IMG/VR virus record: IMGVR_UViG_3300049795_000032
Coordinates: 1-43,714 of that record
Strand: one strand, 5' to 3'
DNA: 43,714 bases
Source: a virus
Below are positions 8,473-15,738 of this stretch, in pieces; the first letter of the stretch is position 1; each line of letters begins with the position of its first letter. Position numbers and translations under genes: made by a program. The notes beneath the pieces are model-generated. The model saw nothing but the letters and a program-made list of their open reading frames with translations, was not told where the DNA came from and made no database searches.

Positions 8473-9274
8473 ATGATTTCAGGCTTTCTTCCGGTGATAG
8501 GTTGCACATGTGACGGTAAGCACAACCCCCGTACTTCTCGCACGATTCAGGGTTGTATGGTAATTGCTCGGCACTTGATACGGCATTGCGCCACGCATCG
8601 ATTTGCGCCGCTATGGCATCGATACGCGCAAATTCGGCGTCCACCCTACTGCGGTGGAGTGGCACCATGACGGCTTCGGAACGCTTAGGTCCCTTGCTTT
8701 GGATGTACTCCCACTGCCCGAGCGCGGCGTGCAGCTCGGGATACTTCCGAAGGACCCACTTGCCGTAAATATTGGCTTGTGGGTCCTCCAACAAATCCGC
8801 TTCCGTCTTAGCCCATTTGGCGATGCTCGACGTGGACTTGTGGTCTCCGATGAGCGCGCCACTATCACGGACCAAGTAGTCAATGCGCCCGGACCAAATG
8901 CGCGGCGCGTCGTTCAAGCGCTCGAAAAACGACAACTCCACGCTAAGCCCGGGGGACTTGGGCTCAGGTAGTAGGTGGAGCGCACCGGACACGCGCGCAG
9001 CCATATCCGGATCGTGCACGTGATCGATAGGCTCCCCGGTCTTGAGATAGTGCTCCACCATCTCGTGCATGCGGGTGCCCCATTCCGCGGATGCATTGGC
9101 GGGGCCCTTTATGCCGTTGAGTTTATCCCACCCCCATTTACGAGGGCAGTCCAGCCACGTCGAGATCTGTGACGCGCTGTACGCGTACGCGACGATATAG
9201 ACCGTCTCGGTCTCGTCAAGCGCAAACAGCCAACGCCCGTGCGTCCATTGGACGGCTGCGAAGGTCACGATCAA
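8459..9274 (-). CDS. Cas4/RecB-like PD-(D/E)xK exonuclease with a Cys cluster
   Basis: N-terminal Cys in SQISTWLDCPRKWGW. Nuclease core GRIDYLV...IGDHKSTS. C-terminal CEKYGGCAYRHMC, a 1+3 Cys pattern typical of the Cas4/AddB iron-sulfur nucleases. Confidence 0.75.
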   Translation of the reverse strand: MIVTFAAVQWTHGRWLFALDETETVYIVAYAYSASQISTWLDCPRKWGWDKLNGIKGPANASAEWGTRMHEMVEHYLKTGEPIDHVHDPDMAARVSGALHLLPEPKSPGLSVELSFFERLNDAPRIWSGRIDYLVRDSGALIGDHKSTSSIAKWAKTEADLLEDPQANIYGKWVLRKYPELHAALGQWEYIQSKGPKRSEAVMVPLHRSRVDAEFARIDAIAAQIDAWRNAVSSAEQLPYNPESCEKYGGCAYRHMCNLSPEESLKSYVAL

Positions 9275-9546
9275 CCGTGCCGCAAGTTGCCTTGCGCCCT
9301 CCCACGATCGGACAGCTCGAAAAACACGATGCGCACGCGGTCGTGACAGCGCACGAAGTAAGGATCGAGTGAGGTATCACGCGCGCCCGGCCCCTTCATT
9401 TGGATCTTAGCGCCATGTCGCTTACCCGTGACTTGATCGAGCTGCGCGATCACATAGTCGCGGCATTGAACGACCGACTCGATAGACGAGAGATCGAACA
9501 AGTCTGGCACCGTGGACGCGATGTCAGCGAACGCGCGGGGGTTCAT
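9271..9546 (-). CDS. Hypothetical protein
   Basis: 91-aa ORF, overlap-coupled at both ends. Confidence 0.6.
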   Translation of the reverse strand: MNPRAFADIASTVPDLFDLSSIESVVQCRDYVIAQLDQVTGKRHGAKIQMKGPGARDTSLDPYFVRCHDRVRIVFFELSDRGRAQGNLRHG

Positions 9547-9797
9547 TATCCGGCCGCCGCAAGGGTATTGAATTTGGCGAGAAGGCGCTGGTAATCGAGC
9601 TGCTTATCCCGGTGAACGCGCTTCAGATTGCCCACTACCTCTTCGGCCTTTTCGACCTGGGCAAGCGCCTCGTGCAATTCCGCTTTGGTCGCCTGGAGAT
9701 CGCGAGCGACGTCCGCAAGGGTTTCGCGCTCGTCGCCTTCCGCGGCGAATTGTTCCGCAAGCGTGCGCGGCTGCTGAGGTGTGTTTTTCGGGGCCAT
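9546..9797 (-). CDS. Hypothetical coiled-coil protein; first gene of the leftward arm
   Basis: 83-aa ORF rich in heptad-like E/K/L/A. Borders the divergent control region. Confidence 0.65.
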   Translation of the reverse strand: MAPKNTPQQPRTLAEQFAAEGDERETLADVARDLQATKAELHEALAQVEKAEEVVGNLKRVHRDKQLDYQRLLAKFNTLAAAG

Positions 9798-9803
9798 GTG
9801 TAA

Positions 9804-9832
9804 ATTCTCCCGCGGATGACTTGGCGCGTCAA
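9804..9832 (-). promoter_or_regulatory. Candidate host-type promoter for the leftward arm (TTGACG-N17-GAGAAT, 6 nt before the ATG)
   Basis: Reverse complement reads ttgacg cgccaagtcatccgcgg gagaat ttacac ATG. The GGGAGA overlapping the -10 could instead be a Shine-Dalgarno (SD) sequence. Confidence 0.35.
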
Positions 9833-9849
9833 TTCACGCACCGTACGTT
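9821..9849 (+). promoter_or_regulatory. Candidate host-type promoter for the rightward PrimPol block (TTGGCG-N17-TACGTT)
   Basis: The two divergent -35 boxes abut and form the near-palindrome TTGGCGCGTCAA (9821-9832). Confidence 0.3.
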
Positions 9850-9876
9850 CAGGGTTCCAAGGTTTACACCGAGCCC

Positions 9877-12291
9877 TTGCATGGAGTCAAGTGGCCGTGT
9901 ACAGATTGCCGGGTGCGTGATCCGAGATGCCCGGGCGCAATCCCATTTCCAAAAACCGGCCCCATATACGGCTTGACAGCGGACGGGCTATGTGCCTGCA
10001 GCCGTCCGACCTGTGCGGGACCGGGCAAACACCAACGCCTATATGGTGCGCCTGTCGCACTGAACGGGGAGGGGTACGCGATTTATACAGGTGCGGCCGG
10101 TGAACACGGCTCCGGCGTGTTCGTGGTCGACTGCGACGAGAAGCCCGGCATTTCAGGGTTTGCTAATTTCCGAAATCTGTGCCTACAGCACGGCCACGAC
10201 ATCCCCGACACCCTTATGGTCGTCTCGGGGGGTGGAGGCGTTCATTTCTTTTTTCAAGCCCCGGAATTTCCAGTCAAGTCGTCAAAGTCGGGCGCGCTTG
10301 GCAAGGGGATAGATATCAAGGGCGAGGGCGGATACGTCGTCGGCCCGGGCAGTCCTCACAAATCAGGCAACGCGTATTACGTGTGGCGAGATGCGCCCGT
10401 GGCAATTGCCCCTAAATGGCTGCTCGATTGGCCGGGCCTACGTAGGACGTCCAAGACGATAGACGAGTTGGATCCATCCGACTTGGGTGCGTATGCCCCC
10501 GCATTTATTGACCCCTCCACCCCTGTAGGCGCGTTTCGCATTGCGTCGTTCGTCGCAGAGTGCAAGGGCGAAGCTGGCACCCTAAAACCGTCCATCGAAG
10601 GCGAGGGTGGGAGCGCGCGGCTCGTCCACGCCGCGAAGCGTGGAACGCTCTACTGGCAGATCGAGCCGGTGCTTTGCGCGGCGATCATGCTGGATCACTT
10701 CGTTCCCCGGTGCATCGATCGGGGGCGGCCGTGGACCCATGACGAAGTGCATCGCGCGTGCATCCGAGCCGTGCAAACGAATGAGGACGTATCCCCCGGG
10801 CCCATCCCCGACAATTGGGGTCAGGACCTTTTACGCGCGGCCATCACAGGGCTTACCCCCGCGCAGCTCGATACGTCCATAGCCCCTCGAGTGCCCGGAG
10901 AACACGCAGCGCATTGCACGTGCGGGGGCGGGTCAGAGCACCGCTACAAGATCAGGGCAGGGGAATCGATCGCCAACGGCAAGATATTGCCCAAGTCGTT
11001 TAGCGAATTGGTATTTTACCTCCATCGTCACCCTGATTGGCAAGGCGTGCTCCGATACGACGCGATGCATGAGCGCATTCGCGCGGTGCAACCACCGGTG
11101 CACTTGGACGGCGAGGACAATTTCGAGGGTGTGACCGAAGTGGATGTGGGCCGCGCCAAGATTTGGATGGAATGCGTGGCGGATGCGTCCGTTTCCTTTG
11201 ACGCGCTATGGCCAGCCGTGGAAGCAGCGGCCAAGCTACACGAATTCCACCCCGTCAAAGACTACTTCAACGCGCTACCCGCGGGCAATCCCCGAGTATT
11301 CGACACCCTCGCACACGAATGGTTCGGGGTGCCCAAGGATGATTTGCTCTCCCATGAGATGCTAAAGCGTTTCTTGGTCGCCTCTGTCCGTAGAACGCTA
11401 TGGCCTAACACCGATTTGGCCAAGGTGGATACGGCTTTGGTTCTAATCGAGCCTACGGGTGGCGCAAAGAAGACTACCTTTATCGATGCGATGTGGCACA
11501 GGGAATGGGCGGTACACCAATTGCCCAATTTCGATAAAGCCGCGGACATGAGTAACCAAATCTCCCGTAAGGCTGTTGCGGAATTCGGGGAGATCGAGCG
11601 CATTCTTAGGCAAGACCCCGAGACATTCAAGGATTTCTTGACTCGAGAGTGGGACGAATTCCGCCGAGCGTACGCACGTGACACGGTAGTTAAGCCTAGG
11701 ACGTGTGTGATCGTCGCAACGACTAATAAAGAGCGGTATGTCAGGTCGGATTGTGACGATGCCGTCCTACGTCGTCTATGGTCCATCCGCGTCCGTCGTA
11801 TCATTCCCTTGGACCTGGTCCGGGAAATGCGGGACGAGGTATGGGCCGCGGCCGTGGGTCTCGCACATGACTCGCAATTCCACCACTGGTTCGATAAGGG
11901 CGATCGGTGGGACGTGGCACTCATGTCCTTGCATAAACAGGATCACGTGCAGGAAGATACCTGGACGGATGACGTGCTCAATTACTGCATAGGTAAGACC
12001 TTCGTCACGGGTGCGGAAGTGTTTCGCTTCGCCATCGCCAAGGGAGATTTGAATTGGTTGCTCACCTACGGCCGGGATAAATCCGCGCAGTGGAAGGTCG
12101 GATCGTGTCTTCGCTCGATAGGTTGCGAGGAAGGTGTGACGCGGGACAAGTCGACGCAGCGCTTGATTCGAGGGTGGAAGGTCCCGGAAGCCGTGACCAA
12201 TGCACGGCCCACGGCGGATGCCCTGCGCGAAAAGACGATCACGGAGGGTAGAACCCTCTCGGTATTGACGAACGAAGCCAAAGGAGTATGA
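9877..12291 (+). CDS. Bifunctional primase-polymerase (PrimPol) fused to a D5/VirE-like P-loop helicase
   Basis: N-terminal motifs GYAIYTG...VFVVDCD, GGGGVHFFF and GIDIKGEGGYVVGPGSPH. C-terminal P-loop LIEPTGGAKKTTF followed by CVIVATTN. 804 aa. The TTG start is uncertain; GTG 9913 is an alternative. Confidence 0.8.
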   Translation: MHGVKWPCTDCRVRDPRCPGAIPFPKTGPIYGLTADGLCACSRPTCAGPGKHQRLYGAPVALNGEGYAIYTGAAGEHGSGVFVVDCDEKPGISGFANFRNLCLQHGHDIPDTLMVVSGGGGVHFFFQAPEFPVKSSKSGALGKGIDIKGEGGYVVGPGSPHKSGNAYYVWRDAPVAIAPKWLLDWPGLRRTSKTIDELDPSDLGAYAPAFIDPSTPVGAFRIASFVAECKGEAGTLKPSIEGEGGSARLVHAAKRGTLYWQIEPVLCAAIMLDHFVPRCIDRGRPWTHDEVHRACIRAVQTNEDVSPGPIPDNWGQDLLRAAITGLTPAQLDTSIAPRVPGEHAAHCTCGGGSEHRYKIRAGESIANGKILPKSFSELVFYLHRHPDWQGVLRYDAMHERIRAVQPPVHLDGEDNFEGVTEVDVGRAKIWMECVADASVSFDALWPAVEAAAKLHEFHPVKDYFNALPAGNPRVFDTLAHEWFGVPKDDLLSHEMLKRFLVASVRRTLWPNTDLAKVDTALVLIEPTGGAKKTTFIDAMWHREWAVHQLPNFDKAADMSNQISRKAVAEFGEIERILRQDPETFKDFLTREWDEFRRAYARDTVVKPRTCVIVATTNKERYVRSDCDDAVLRRLWSIRVRRIIPLDLVREMRDEVWAAAVGLAHDSQFHHWFDKGDRWDVALMSLHKQDHVQEDTWTDDVLNYCIGKTFVTGAEVFRFAIAKGDLNWLLTYGRDKSAQWKVGSCLRSIGCEEGVTRDKSTQRLIRGWKVPEAVTNARPTADALREKTITEGRTLSVLTNEAKGV

Positions 12292-12839
12292 TCATGTCTA
12301 TGGACCAAACCAAATTCAATTCGATCGTGTGTCTGAAATCCGGCTCGCATCCGAAGCCCCCGAACATGGACGAGCTCCCGCAAGAGGCTTGCGTCATGGA
12401 GGCCGTTGCTTGGATTACGGGGGATGTGTGGAGTGATGCCCCGATTTGCGTGCCCGAAACGATTGCGTGCGTGGCACGTAGTCTGAACGACTCAATAAAA
12501 GATGACGCGTTCCGCACGGAATTGTTGCTCCCGCTTATTCCTAAAATGCTAGGCTTGTCTAAGTCCCCCGCCTTGGAGTCGAAACGTGCTTACGTTGCGG
12601 CCAATTTCGTATTGCGTACGCTTATGCCCTCGCTAATGGAAGATATCGGGCAAATCTCTCTGGCGGAGCAATACAGGTCCATTCCTGAAATTGTAGATTC
12701 TCAATCCGCCGCCCGTGCCGCCGCCCGTGCCGCCGATGCGGCCGCCGCCTATGCCGCCGCCCGTGCCGCCGCATGTGCCGCCGCCGCCGATGCGGCCGCC
12801 CCGAAAAAGTATCACCCCATGTGTGAGGTATCCGAATGA
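12288..12839 (+). CDS. Hypothetical protein with an alanine-rich periodic C-terminus
   Basis: 183-aa ORF. ATG 12294 is better placed relative to AAAGGAG than ATG 12288. The C-terminus is AARAAARAADAAAAYAAARAAACAAAADAAA. Confidence 0.65.
   Translation: MIMSMDQTKFNSIVCLKSGSHPKPPNMDELPQEACVMEAVAWITGDVWSDAPICVPETIACVARSLNDSIKDDAFRTELLLPLIPKMLGLSKSPALESKRAYVAANFVLRTLMPSLMEDIGQISLAEQYRSIPEIVDSQSAARAAARAADAAAAYAAARAAACAAAADAAAPKKYHPMCEVSE
12707..12802. repeat. Imperfect 12-nt periodic GC-rich repeat (gccgcccgtgcc and gccgatgcggccgcc units)
   Basis: Seen directly. Encodes the Ala-rich tract and generates a spurious poly-Gly ORF on the opposite strand. Confidence 0.8.
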
Positions 12840-13249
12840 GCGCGGATGAATTTCATTTCACGGGCGTGCTCCAAATCATCGCGGATGTAGGTTGGGAGCA
12901 CGTAACCACGAACCTGGAGAGGGATGACGGGAGCAAGGCCGTGACCTTGTGCGACCTCTCGTACACCCTGCGCGCGGGGAAGTGGACCCGTTGGGTGCGG
13001 ACCGTGGGCAAGCTCTGCCGGCGCGTGATCAAGTGCCCCACGTGTGAGCGCCGCATGACCGTCGCACAAGGGCTCGTGTTTATGGGCCTCTCCATCCAAC
13101 GCGTAGCGCTGCCCGTCGTCCTCCCTTGCTTCTGCGACGCGGTTGGAGACGGGCCCTGTCCGAGGCACCCTAATCCAAACGTCGCGGCGTGCCCCCACGG
13201 CCAGTACGCGGACACGGAGTGTTACCCTTGCATTCGGGCGGGCACCTAG
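12836..13249 (+). CDS. Hypothetical Cys-rich protein
   Basis: 137-aa ORF with an ATGA overlap to the upstream gene. CPTC...CFC...CP.H...CPH...CYPC suggests metal binding. Confidence 0.6.
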   Translation: MSADEFHFTGVLQIIADVGWEHVTTNLERDDGSKAVTLCDLSYTLRAGKWTRWVRTVGKLCRRVIKCPTCERRMTVAQGLVFMGLSIQRVALPVVLPCFCDAVGDGPCPRHPNPNVAACPHGQYADTECYPCIRAGT

Positions 13250-13276
13250 CTCCCGACGCACGGACGGCCCCAAAGA

Positions 13277-13311
13277 AACGCCCCGCTCCCTGGTTACAGG
13301 GGCGGGGCGTT
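13277..13311. terminator. Hairpin between convergent genes (candidate bidirectional terminator)
   Basis: aacgccccgc / gcggggcgtt 10-bp stem with a 15-nt loop, followed by gtcgttcgt. Confidence 0.5.
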
Positions 13312-13366
13312 GTCGTTCGTGGGCTCCCGGCGTCAATCTCCGCGAGCTGCGTCTCGATATACGCCC

Positions 13367-13705
13367 CTAAGGTGGCAGGCGAACATTTGCGCCTTGCGTA
13401 AGCCCTTGGCCGCGATCTTTGCCACTTCCAAATCCTTCATACCATACTGCCCCGCACATGGCTCGGGCGTGTTCGGAACGAATGGACGCAAGGCGCTGGA
13501 AGTACGTTTGCGCGTCCATGCACGCTCTGCATTGTAGATCGTAACAGACCATCACAGGCATGTGCTTCTGCGGTTGCGTGACGTCACGGCTCCACTCATA
13601 CAGCACGGCACATATGCGCTGCTCAGCCACGCATTTGACCTGCAAATCCGTCATTGCGTGGACTTGGTACGCGCTTGGACCGGGGTGGGAGAACGGGTAG
13701 AGCAT
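13367..13705 (-). CDS. Hypothetical Cys-containing protein; lone leftward gene abutting the iteron array
   Basis: Track ORF 13367-13732. ATG 13705 (MLYPFSHPG...) is preceded by GGAGG with an 8-nt spacer. Confidence 0.55.
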   Translation of the reverse strand: MLYPFSHPGPSAYQVHAMTDLQVKCVAEQRICAVLYEWSRDVTQPQKHMPVMVCYDLQCRACMDAQTYFQRLASIRSEHARAMCGAVWYEGFGSGKDRGQGLTQGANVRLPP

Positions 13706-13780
13706 AACGGTAACCTCCATGTATGGGAGCAATAGCGTGTCACGGCTTTGGAGTCAAGCTTTGGGTCGAAATGCTTCTGG

Positions 13781-14101
13781 CACCTACATAGTAACCGTAA
13801 CAACCGTAACGCCTAACCGTAACAGAATTTACTTTCCTTTTCCCGAGGTATCTTGATCTTGTTACGGTGTTACGGTTGTTACGGTTAGTTGGAGAAGACT
13901 ACCCCGGCACTCCTCCCCAAATGTATTTAAGTATTAAGAGAAATAAATACACAGAAGTCGCGCGCCGTGACGTGCCGGGGGACTTTGCCAAAACTAACCG
14001 TAACAACCGGAACACCGTAACAAGATCGAAAAACACCGAGAAATAGAAAGTCAAAATCTGTTACGGTTATGTTACGGTTAGTTACGGTATTTATGTAGGT
14101 G
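13781..14101. repeat. Origin-like iteron palindrome: 12 copies of the octamer ACCGTAAC/GTTACGGT in two ~108-bp inverted arms around an AT-rich core
   Basis: ACCGTAAC at 13794, 13803, 13816, 13997, 14006 (degenerate, ACCGGAAC) and 14014. GTTACGGT at 13861, 13869, 13878, 14060, 14071 and 14081. The outer ends cacctacata (13781-13790) and tatgtaggtg (14092-14101) are complementary. Confidence 0.85.
13918..13956. other. AT-rich core at the dyad centre of the iteron palindrome (candidate DNA unwinding element)
   Basis: aaatgtatttaagtattaagagaaataaatacacagaag, in an otherwise GC-rich genome. Confidence 0.5.
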
Positions 14102-14369
14102 CATGTAGTTATTCGCTGAAATGCTACGTTTGGACGGAAAGATAAATCGATGGCGGATCCTGTGTGGCGGAACGATTTTTCGCGTAATGTTCGCATTACA
14201 CTCGGGGAGTGTGATTTTACGTTCACACTTGGCATTATTTTGACCCTATCGAGATATGACTCCGTTGTCATAGCGGAAACCTCGGGAAACCATTTATTTG
14301 ATTTATTTGCTATGACAATGGTGTCAGGGTTCAAAGGCTAGGACATTAGCGTGACGCGGCTTTGCTCGC

Positions 14370-14585
14370 ATGGCACGACGGGTGCAATCATTTGGGAGCA
14401 TGACAAGCGCCTCCATATCCAACGCCACGCGTCAATGTCTCGGCCGCGCGTCCTCCGAAGAGCTGCGCGCCATCGTCAAGCATACGGTCAGCGAGCCCTT
14501 GACCGAGACGGAGAAACAATTCCGTGATCTGGCCGTTGACATTCTGCTGTCACGGCGTAATACTCGTGCATTCAAGGGAGATTGA
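14370..14585 (+). CDS. Hypothetical protein
   Basis: 71-aa ORF; first rightward gene after the non-coding island. Start uncertain (14370 or 14400). Confidence 0.5.
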   Translation: MARRVQSFGSMTSASISNATRQCLGRASSEELRAIVKHTVSEPLTETEKQFRDLAVDILLSRRNTRAFKGD

Positions 14586-14587
14586 AC

Positions 14588-14728
14588 ATGGACGAGCGTA
14601 AAGAAGTGGAACCCTTGGTCAAACCTTGGGAAGGAGAATTTGACGGGGACGACAGCGAAGGCATGGACGATGAAGCCGTGCGCATTCTCTTGGAAACCAT
14701 GCGGCTCGGCAGGGACGTGCGGCCGTGA
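14588..14728 (+). CDS. Hypothetical acidic 46-aa protein (below track cutoff)
   Basis: MDERKEVEPLVKPWEGEFDGDDSEGMDDEAVRILLETMRLGRDVRP. Its stop overlaps the next GTG start (GTGA). Confidence 0.45.
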   Translation: MDERKEVEPLVKPWEGEFDGDDSEGMDDEAVRILLETMRLGRDVRP

Positions 14729-14940
14729 GCTACCGCGTCATTCCGGCCCCTAGAGGCCGCAACCCTCATGGGTGCCGTGTTCTCGTTCGCGGTTCCTTGC
14801 GGGCTGCGCGCGCCATCGCAAGGGAGATCGCTTGGTGTGTAGGGGATGCGAGCATCTGGGAAACTGAAGAGATTGCAGACCAATCTGCGCCCTTGCTAGT
14901 ATTCAAGCGCCGTGGCGCCTCCGTCGTCAAACTCCCTTGA
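14725..14940 (+). CDS. Hypothetical protein (GTG start)
   Basis: 71-aa ORF with a GTGA overlap to the upstream ORF. Confidence 0.5.
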   Translation: MSYRVIPAPRGRNPHGCRVLVRGSLRAARAIAREIAWCVGDASIWETEEIADQSAPLLVFKRRGASVVKLP

Positions 14941-14965
14941 CACGTTCGCACCCATCCCTTAGAAC
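14937..14965 (+). promoter_or_regulatory. Candidate host-type promoter (TTGACA-N17-TAGAAC) upstream of 15013
   Basis: Perfect -35 hexamer, 17-nt spacer and a weak -10, about 48 nt before the ATG. Confidence 0.3.
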
Positions 14966-15012
14966 CACACTTCCTAACCGCGTCGCTTAGACGCACGAAA
15001 AGAGAGACCCAC

Positions 15013-15591
15013 ATGGCCAATGCAGCTCTGACCGATTCCATCCGCGCCGCGGGTGACAAGTTTTTTACCGCGCTCAAGCCCTCGTTCGGAGACCTCGTCA
15101 CGAAGGACGGCGAAAAGGTGGACGTGGGCGCGACGAAGCGCGCGATGTTTTACGCGCTCAAGTCCTACCTTCGTAGCACCGGACAGATCGCCACTCGCGC
15201 GCCGATCGCGCATAGCGTCGATTGGGCGGAAGTAATCAACGCGGCCGTTACCACGTTCGCGAAGCAGGCGACGGACGCCGCGAGCAGCATCGAAATGATG
15301 GCCGTGTGCTACGGCGCAGTGAGCGAGCTGCAACCGAGCTTCGCGGATTACCAGAAGGTTCAGAAGCTCGTGCACGAGGCGCTGCTTCGCCCCGAAAGTC
15401 CTCTCGAGATCTACAAGCCCGGAAAAGGCGTGGGCGCGAACCTCGTCAGGATCAAGGCAGATACCAAGCTGCCCAAGCCCCACCCGGTCAAGTTGTGGGC
15501 CGATCTGACGGCGGGAGCGTCGGACGACGGCGAGCCCGAAGCGCCCAAGGCGGAAGCGACCAAGGGTAAGGGTAAGGGCAAGGGCAAGTGA
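15013..15591 (+). CDS. Hypothetical protein with a (KG)n C-terminal tail
   Basis: 192-aa ORF ending in KGKGKGKGK and followed by a strong hairpin terminator. Confidence 0.7.
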   Translation: MANAALTDSIRAAGDKFFTALKPSFGDLVTKDGEKVDVGATKRAMFYALKSYLRSTGQIATRAPIAHSVDWAEVINAAVTTFAKQATDAASSIEMMAVCYGAVSELQPSFADYQKVQKLVHEALLRPESPLEIYKPGKGVGANLVRIKADTKLPKPHPVKLWADLTAGASDDGEPEAPKAEATKGKGKGKGK

Positions 15592-15684
15592 GAGGCACAT
15601 CCTAGGCGCATAGGGTTATTGCGCACGTCCGTTACGAATGCGGCGTCGACATCCCCGGGGTAGCTAGGATCCCCTCTCGCATTC

Positions 15685-15725
15685 AAGGGCCCGGCATCGA
15701 AAGGTGTCGGGCCCTTGTCTATTTG
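15685..15725 (+). terminator. Rho-independent terminator
   Basis: aagggcccggca-tcgaaagg-tgtcgggccctt stem-loop (one mismatch), then gtctattt. Confidence 0.6.
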
Positions 15726-15738
15726 GCTACCCTAGTGT
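15726..15738 (+). promoter_or_regulatory. GCTACCCTA motif copy 1 (late-promoter candidate) abutting a GTG start
   Basis: gGCTACCCTAgtgtGTG. The TACCCT hexamer ends 5 nt before the start codon at 15739. Confidence 0.55.

Noticed and set aside
9779-9976. 65-aa plus-strand ORF whose internal ATG (9881) looks like a cleaner start than the TTG of the PrimPol gene
   Set aside because: It is out of frame with the PrimPol motifs and ends after 65 aa. The PrimPol frame is the one that carries conserved sequence, although that gene's exact start remains uncertain.
12633-12815. Poly-glycine ORF (GGRIGGGGTCGGTGGG...) on the minus strand
   Set aside because: It is the reverse complement of the Ala-rich repeat in the 12288-12839 gene and has no independent support.
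13781-14101. Possible CRISPR array
   Set aside because: The repeats are only 8-9 bp, occur in both orientations, and are separated by 0-5 bp (up to about 40 bp), not by unique spacers of about 30 bp. No cas genes are present. The Cas4-like nuclease at 8459-9274 sits in a recombination context.
13927-14334. 135-aa minus-strand ORF (TTG start) and the 63-aa plus-strand ORF 14150-14341 within the AT-rich island
   Set aside because: The minus ORF reads straight through one iteron arm; its TVTNRNITVT and CYGVPVVTVS segments are translated repeats. It has a non-ATG start and a composition unlike every other gene here. The two ORFs also overlap each other on opposite strands. I cannot fully exclude a small orphan gene, so coding-potential tests on homologues would settle it.
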